NCBI GenBank assembly: GCA_021108375.1
Contig: JAIORA010000048.1
Span: 66,977 to 130,976, forward strand
Direction: 5' to 3'
DNA: 64,000 nt
DNA from: Anaerohalosphaeraceae bacterium
GTDB lineage: Bacteria > Planctomycetota > Phycisphaerae > Sedimentisphaerales > UBA12454
Shown here: positions 60,818 through 64,000 of the stretch, one piece after another
Position numbering within the stretch: the first letter of the stretch is position 1
Layout: the number at the start of each line of letters is the position of its first letter
Position numbers and translations under genes: made by a program
Notes under the pieces: model-generated
What the model saw: only the letters and a program-made list of their open reading frames with translations
The model's database searches: none
What the model was told of the DNA's origin: nothing

Positions 60818-61339
60818 TTATTTATAAACTGTATTTCCGTATGAATCGTAAGCAACAATAACCGGAAAGTTTTCAACGGTCAGTTTCCGTATAGCCTCAG
60901 TGCCTAATTCTTCATAGGCCACAACTTCGACCGAGGTAATGTACCTGCTCAAAAGTGCTCCCGCCCCGCCGATAGCCGTAAAGTGTACCGCGACATTTTT
61001 CTGCAAGCTATCCCGAACGACTTGCCCCCGATACCCTTTACCAATCATACCTTTAAGCCCGACCTCAAGGAGGTTCGGACTAAACGCATCCATCCTGCTT
61101 GAGGTTGTCGGCCCAGCCGAACCTATAACTCGTCCCGGCGGCGCAGGGGTCGGCCCAACGAAATAAATCACCGCCCCTTGCAAATCGATCGGCAGAGATT
61201 CGCCACGAGCGATTAAATTGCACAATCGCTGATGTGCAATATCGCGAGCGGTGTAGAGCGTTCCACTTATAGCAACTGAATCGCCGACTTTTAGCGAACG
61301 AACTATATTACCATCTAATGGCGTATTTATATTTATCAT
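60818..61339 (-). CDS. Fe-S fumarate/tartrate hydro-lyase beta subunit
   Basis: TARDIAH, GPTP, SAGPTTSSRMD, MIGKG, GGAGA, LGTEA. Confidence 0.92.
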   Translation of the reverse strand: MININTPLDGNIVRSLKVGDSVAISGTLYTARDIAHQRLCNLIARGESLPIDLQGAVIYFVGPTPAPPGRVIGSAGPTTSSRMDAFSPNLLEVGLKGMIGKGYRGQVVRDSLQKNVAVHFTAIGGAGALLSRYITSVEVVAYEELGTEAIRKLTVENFPVIVAYDSYGNTVYK

Positions 61340-61430
61340 ATCAAACTCATAAATTCTTCTGATTTACCCGCATTCTACAAAAACGCATAACTCTTTGCAC
61401 GGGCAAATTCAAAACACTTTATAACTATCC

Positions 61431-61468
61431 AAAAAAAGCCCGGTTGGCCAATCAGGTTCACCGGGCTT
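61431..61468 (-). terminator. Intrinsic terminator after rplU
   Basis: AAGCCCGGT...ACCGGGCTT stem followed by a T-run on the minus strand. Confidence 0.7.
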
Positions 61469-61494
61469 GGAAAAACAAATATCACTATAAGGCA

Positions 61495-61824
61495 CTATGC
61501 TTTAATTTCCTCTACGGTAACCTGCATATATTTTTGTCTATGGCCAGTTCTTTTCTTGCTGTTTTTTCGTCTGCGGCGGTAAGCGATAAAAACTTTTTCA
61601 CCTTTAACAACAGATTTCTCGGCGGTCGTTGCGAATTTGCCGATGACCTTAGCACCCTCAATGTAGGGTGCGCCGATTTTAACCTCTGTGCCGTCGCTAA
61701 TCATCAGCACCTTGTCCATCTCTATAACATCAGCATCGTCGGCTACTTGTGCCAATTCAATATCAATGACATCGCCTGTCTGAACCTTGTATTGTTTGCT
61801 GCCCTGCTCTATAACCGCGTACAT
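61495..61824 (-). CDS. rplU: 50S ribosomal protein L21
   Basis: MYAVIEQGSKQYKV, IGAPYIEGAKV, GHRQ. Confidence 0.97.
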   Translation of the reverse strand: MYAVIEQGSKQYKVQTGDVIDIELAQVADDADVIEMDKVLMISDGTEVKIGAPYIEGAKVIGKFATTAEKSVVKGEKVFIAYRRRRKNSKKRTGHRQKYMQVTVEEIKA

Positions 61825-62092
61825 TTTTAACTCCGCAAATTCGATATATTTAATCTTAGAAAATCAAAGCACCGCATTTTATTGTTCAAATCGGCAATTG
61901 TAAAGCAAATTATCGCCATTCAGGCCAAAATATGAAAGAAAAGCCGCAATAACACCAAAAAACGCTAAAAACAGCCAAAAAGCGGTAACTGCCGAACAGA
62001 AAACACTTTTTTTGCGTAAAACAGCCCATTATGACCGATAATTTATGAAAAGAAGTTGTTTTTTAGCGATTTCGCAAACTTTTTTAAAAAAA

Positions 62093-62120
62093 TGCAATAA
62101 ATCCGGCCACAATTGCGTCT
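62093..62120 (+). promoter_or_regulatory. Probable ECF autoregulatory promoter
   Basis: TGCAAT-17 nt-CGTCT just upstream of the ECF sigma gene. Confidence 0.5.
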
Positions 62121-62142
62121 TTTATAGTGGCAAGAGAAAATT

Positions 62143-62700
62143 ATGACGGACAAAAAGTTAATAGAACAAATAATAATCGGCTGTAAAAGAGGTGATGACG
62201 ACTGTTTCGCCCAGTTCGTGGATTTATACTCAAGTCGTTTGTACAACTATTTTTACAGGCTATCCGGCAACAGCGATACCGCCGGGGATTTACTTGGGAC
62301 GCTCTTTCTAAAATTAGTTGAGAAAATAGGCACATATTCGGGCCAAAACTTCAATGGATGGATTTTTAAAATAGCCTCAAACCTGTTTTATGACCATCTA
62401 AGGGCACTAAAAAAGCAAAAAAAGCTGCTCGAAAACGTTTCTGCCGAGCTTAGCGAAAACTACCAATCGCTAAATAACGGCCCAAAACCGGATGACAGCC
62501 AGAAAGATTTATCGGCGGCATTGCAGAAAAATCTGCAAAAACTCGAACCGGCCGAAGCTGAATTGATTTTGATGCGATATTATTCGGATATGAGCTTTGC
62601 TGAACTTGCCCAGTTAAGAAAAGAGCCTATCGGAACGACATTATCAAAAGTACATCGCAGTATCAAAAAACTGCGGGACTTAATGGAATCTGAAAAATGA
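62143..62700 (+). CDS. ECF sigma factor
   Basis: Region 2 (FNGWIFKIASNLFYD) and region 4 (MSFAELAQLRKEPIGTTLSKVHR). Confidence 0.93.
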   Translation: MTDKKLIEQIIIGCKRGDDDCFAQFVDLYSSRLYNYFYRLSGNSDTAGDLLGTLFLKLVEKIGTYSGQNFNGWIFKIASNLFYDHLRALKKQKKLLENVSAELSENYQSLNNGPKPDDSQKDLSAALQKNLQKLEPAEAELILMRYYSDMSFAELAQLRKEPIGTTLSKVHRSIKKLRDLMESEK

Positions 62701-63224
62701 GAAATGAAAATAAACAATCTGAAAACCTCCGGCAGCTCACAGAGCAATTTTTCGACTCTGCCCAAGCCCGCCAGGTGAGAAAAGATTTGGAAAAAGGCAA
62801 CCAACTACTGCGGCAGGCCGACGACTTAAAAGTTCCTGATGAACTCGCAAAAAGCATCAAAACCGATATAAGAGTTCAGCTAAAAAATAGAAAACGCAAC
62901 TATAAACCTGTAATGATAATGAAAATTGCCGCTGTCGCTGCCGCCGTGGCAATAGTATTTATCCTGTCAAGCCATAACGGGACAAAAGTCGAAGTCAAAC
63001 CGTTATCACAAAATCTGCCTGAGACAAAAAGTGTATGGGAGCATTTTGAATCGCAGGAAGATATTGAGCTGGCACTGCTGAGCGAAGAAATCGAGGAATT
63101 GGCATCAGCCATAAGAGCGGTGAATTTGAGCGATAGCGAAAATGGATACGCAACAGTCTCCGGAGAGACTGACAATCTGGAAGCAGAACTAATCGAAGTG
63201 GAAACTATATTTTGGAAAGGATGA
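62697..63224 (+). CDS. Putative single-pass anti-sigma factor
   Basis: ATGA overlap with the sigma gene; TM IAAVAAAVAIVFIL. Confidence 0.7.
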   Translation: MRNENKQSENLRQLTEQFFDSAQARQVRKDLEKGNQLLRQADDLKVPDELAKSIKTDIRVQLKNRKRNYKPVMIMKIAAVAAAVAIVFILSSHNGTKVEVKPLSQNLPETKSVWEHFESQEDIELALLSEEIEELASAIRAVNLSDSENGYATVSGETDNLEAELIEVETIFWKG

Positions 63225-63227
63225 AAA

Positions 63228-64000
63228 ATGAAAATGTTACTGAAAATCTCGATGTTAACCGTAATTATTATCGCAGGCACTGCCATAACAGCCTCGGCCG
63301 AGGCACCCATCACAGAAGAACGCGGCAGAATGTTTATGAATGATGACAAAATGGTTGCCAGAATACTCGAACGTATAGCTCAGAATGACCCTACTGAAGC
63401 TGAAAGACTCGAACAGCTCAGAGAGGACAACCCCGGGCAATTCAAAGAGGAATTGAGAGAAGCAGTATCTGCCCATAGACATCAGGACAATTTGCAGGAA
63501 TCGGCAAGGCCACAGGGCAGAAGACGCAGAAGCAGCCATCAGAATATGAGACCTATGTCCAAAGGCCAGGCAGGCAGAGCAAAAGAGCGAGCGCGAGGAC
63601 GCCTTGAATACAAAGAACAAGAACTCATTGGATGGCTTGAGAAAAATGAACCCGAAAAAGCCAAAGAGCTTTCGGAACTCAAAGCAAAAGATCGCGGCAA
63701 ATACAGAAGAATGATATCTATTGAGATGAAGAAATATCGCGGCATTATCGAGGCCGAAAAGACTAACCCGGAATTGGCGAAACTGCTGAAAAAGGACCTC
63801 GAACTCAAAGTCCAGCGTAACAAACTTATTAAGAAAATCGCCGCCTCGACCAATAATGATGAGAAAGAGGCTCTCGACGAAGAACTGGAAGATGTCATAA
63901 GCGATAGGTTTGACGTGATACTCAAAAAGAAACAAATGCGCTATGACGATTTAGCTAAAAGGCTTGAAGAACTCAAAAAGAAAGTTAAGCAAAGCAAGTC
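63228..64000 (+). CDS. Secreted charged helical protein, partial (absent from the ORF track)
   Basis: MKMLLKISMLTVIIIAGTAITASAEA signal peptide; open to the window end; Lys/Glu/Arg-rich. Confidence 0.75.
   Translation, partial: MKMLLKISMLTVIIIAGTAITASAEAPITEERGRMFMNDDKMVARILERIAQNDPTEAERLEQLREDNPGQFKEELREAVSAHRHQDNLQESARPQGRRRRSSHQNMRPMSKGQAGRAKERARGRLEYKEQELIGWLEKNEPEKAKELSELKAKDRGKYRRMISIEMKKYRGIIEAEKTNPELAKLLKKDLELKVQRNKLIKKIAASTNNDEKEALDEELEDVISDRFDVILKKKQMRYDDLAKRLEELKKKVKQSK

Overview
Chromosomal window that looks like a Planctomycetota genome, probably Phycisphaerae/Sedimentisphaerales. This is inferred from the dispersed prepilins, PEP-CTERM and Cys-flanked dockerin-like tails, AroD-AroE fusion and Hc1-like protein; no marker gene was tested. 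From left to right: (1) a LacI-headed, minus-strand carbohydrate-type locus in which one ~200-aa domain occurs four times in three secreted proteins, capped by either PEP-CTERM or a dockerin-like tail, followed by a prepilin and a glycoside-hydrolase-like gene that runs off the window; (2) a decayed island at tRNA-Ser(GCT) with a frameshifted tyrosine integrase, IS3/IS256/IS21-like ends, an RHS fragment and AT-rich secreted proteins; (3) an intact ~970-bp DDE IS inserted in a palindromic repeat; (4) housekeeping genes (nrnA, ribF, aroDE, EF-G paralog, ribD, ligA, ndk, maf, fabZ, cinA, ychF, rplU), tRNA-Gln and tRNA-Gly; (5) a PAS/GAF kinase with two paralogous receivers and a His-less Hpt-like protein; (6) a type IV pilus/T2SS-like cluster (two PilB, PilT, PilC, six pilins, a 1042-aa GspK-like protein); (7) an ECF sigma/anti-sigma operon. 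The most striking non-coding signal is about ten intergenic mosaics of REP-like hairpins, with conserved linkers, swapped or covarying stems and a recurring module order. All calls come from reading the sequence and motifs by eye; no searches were run.
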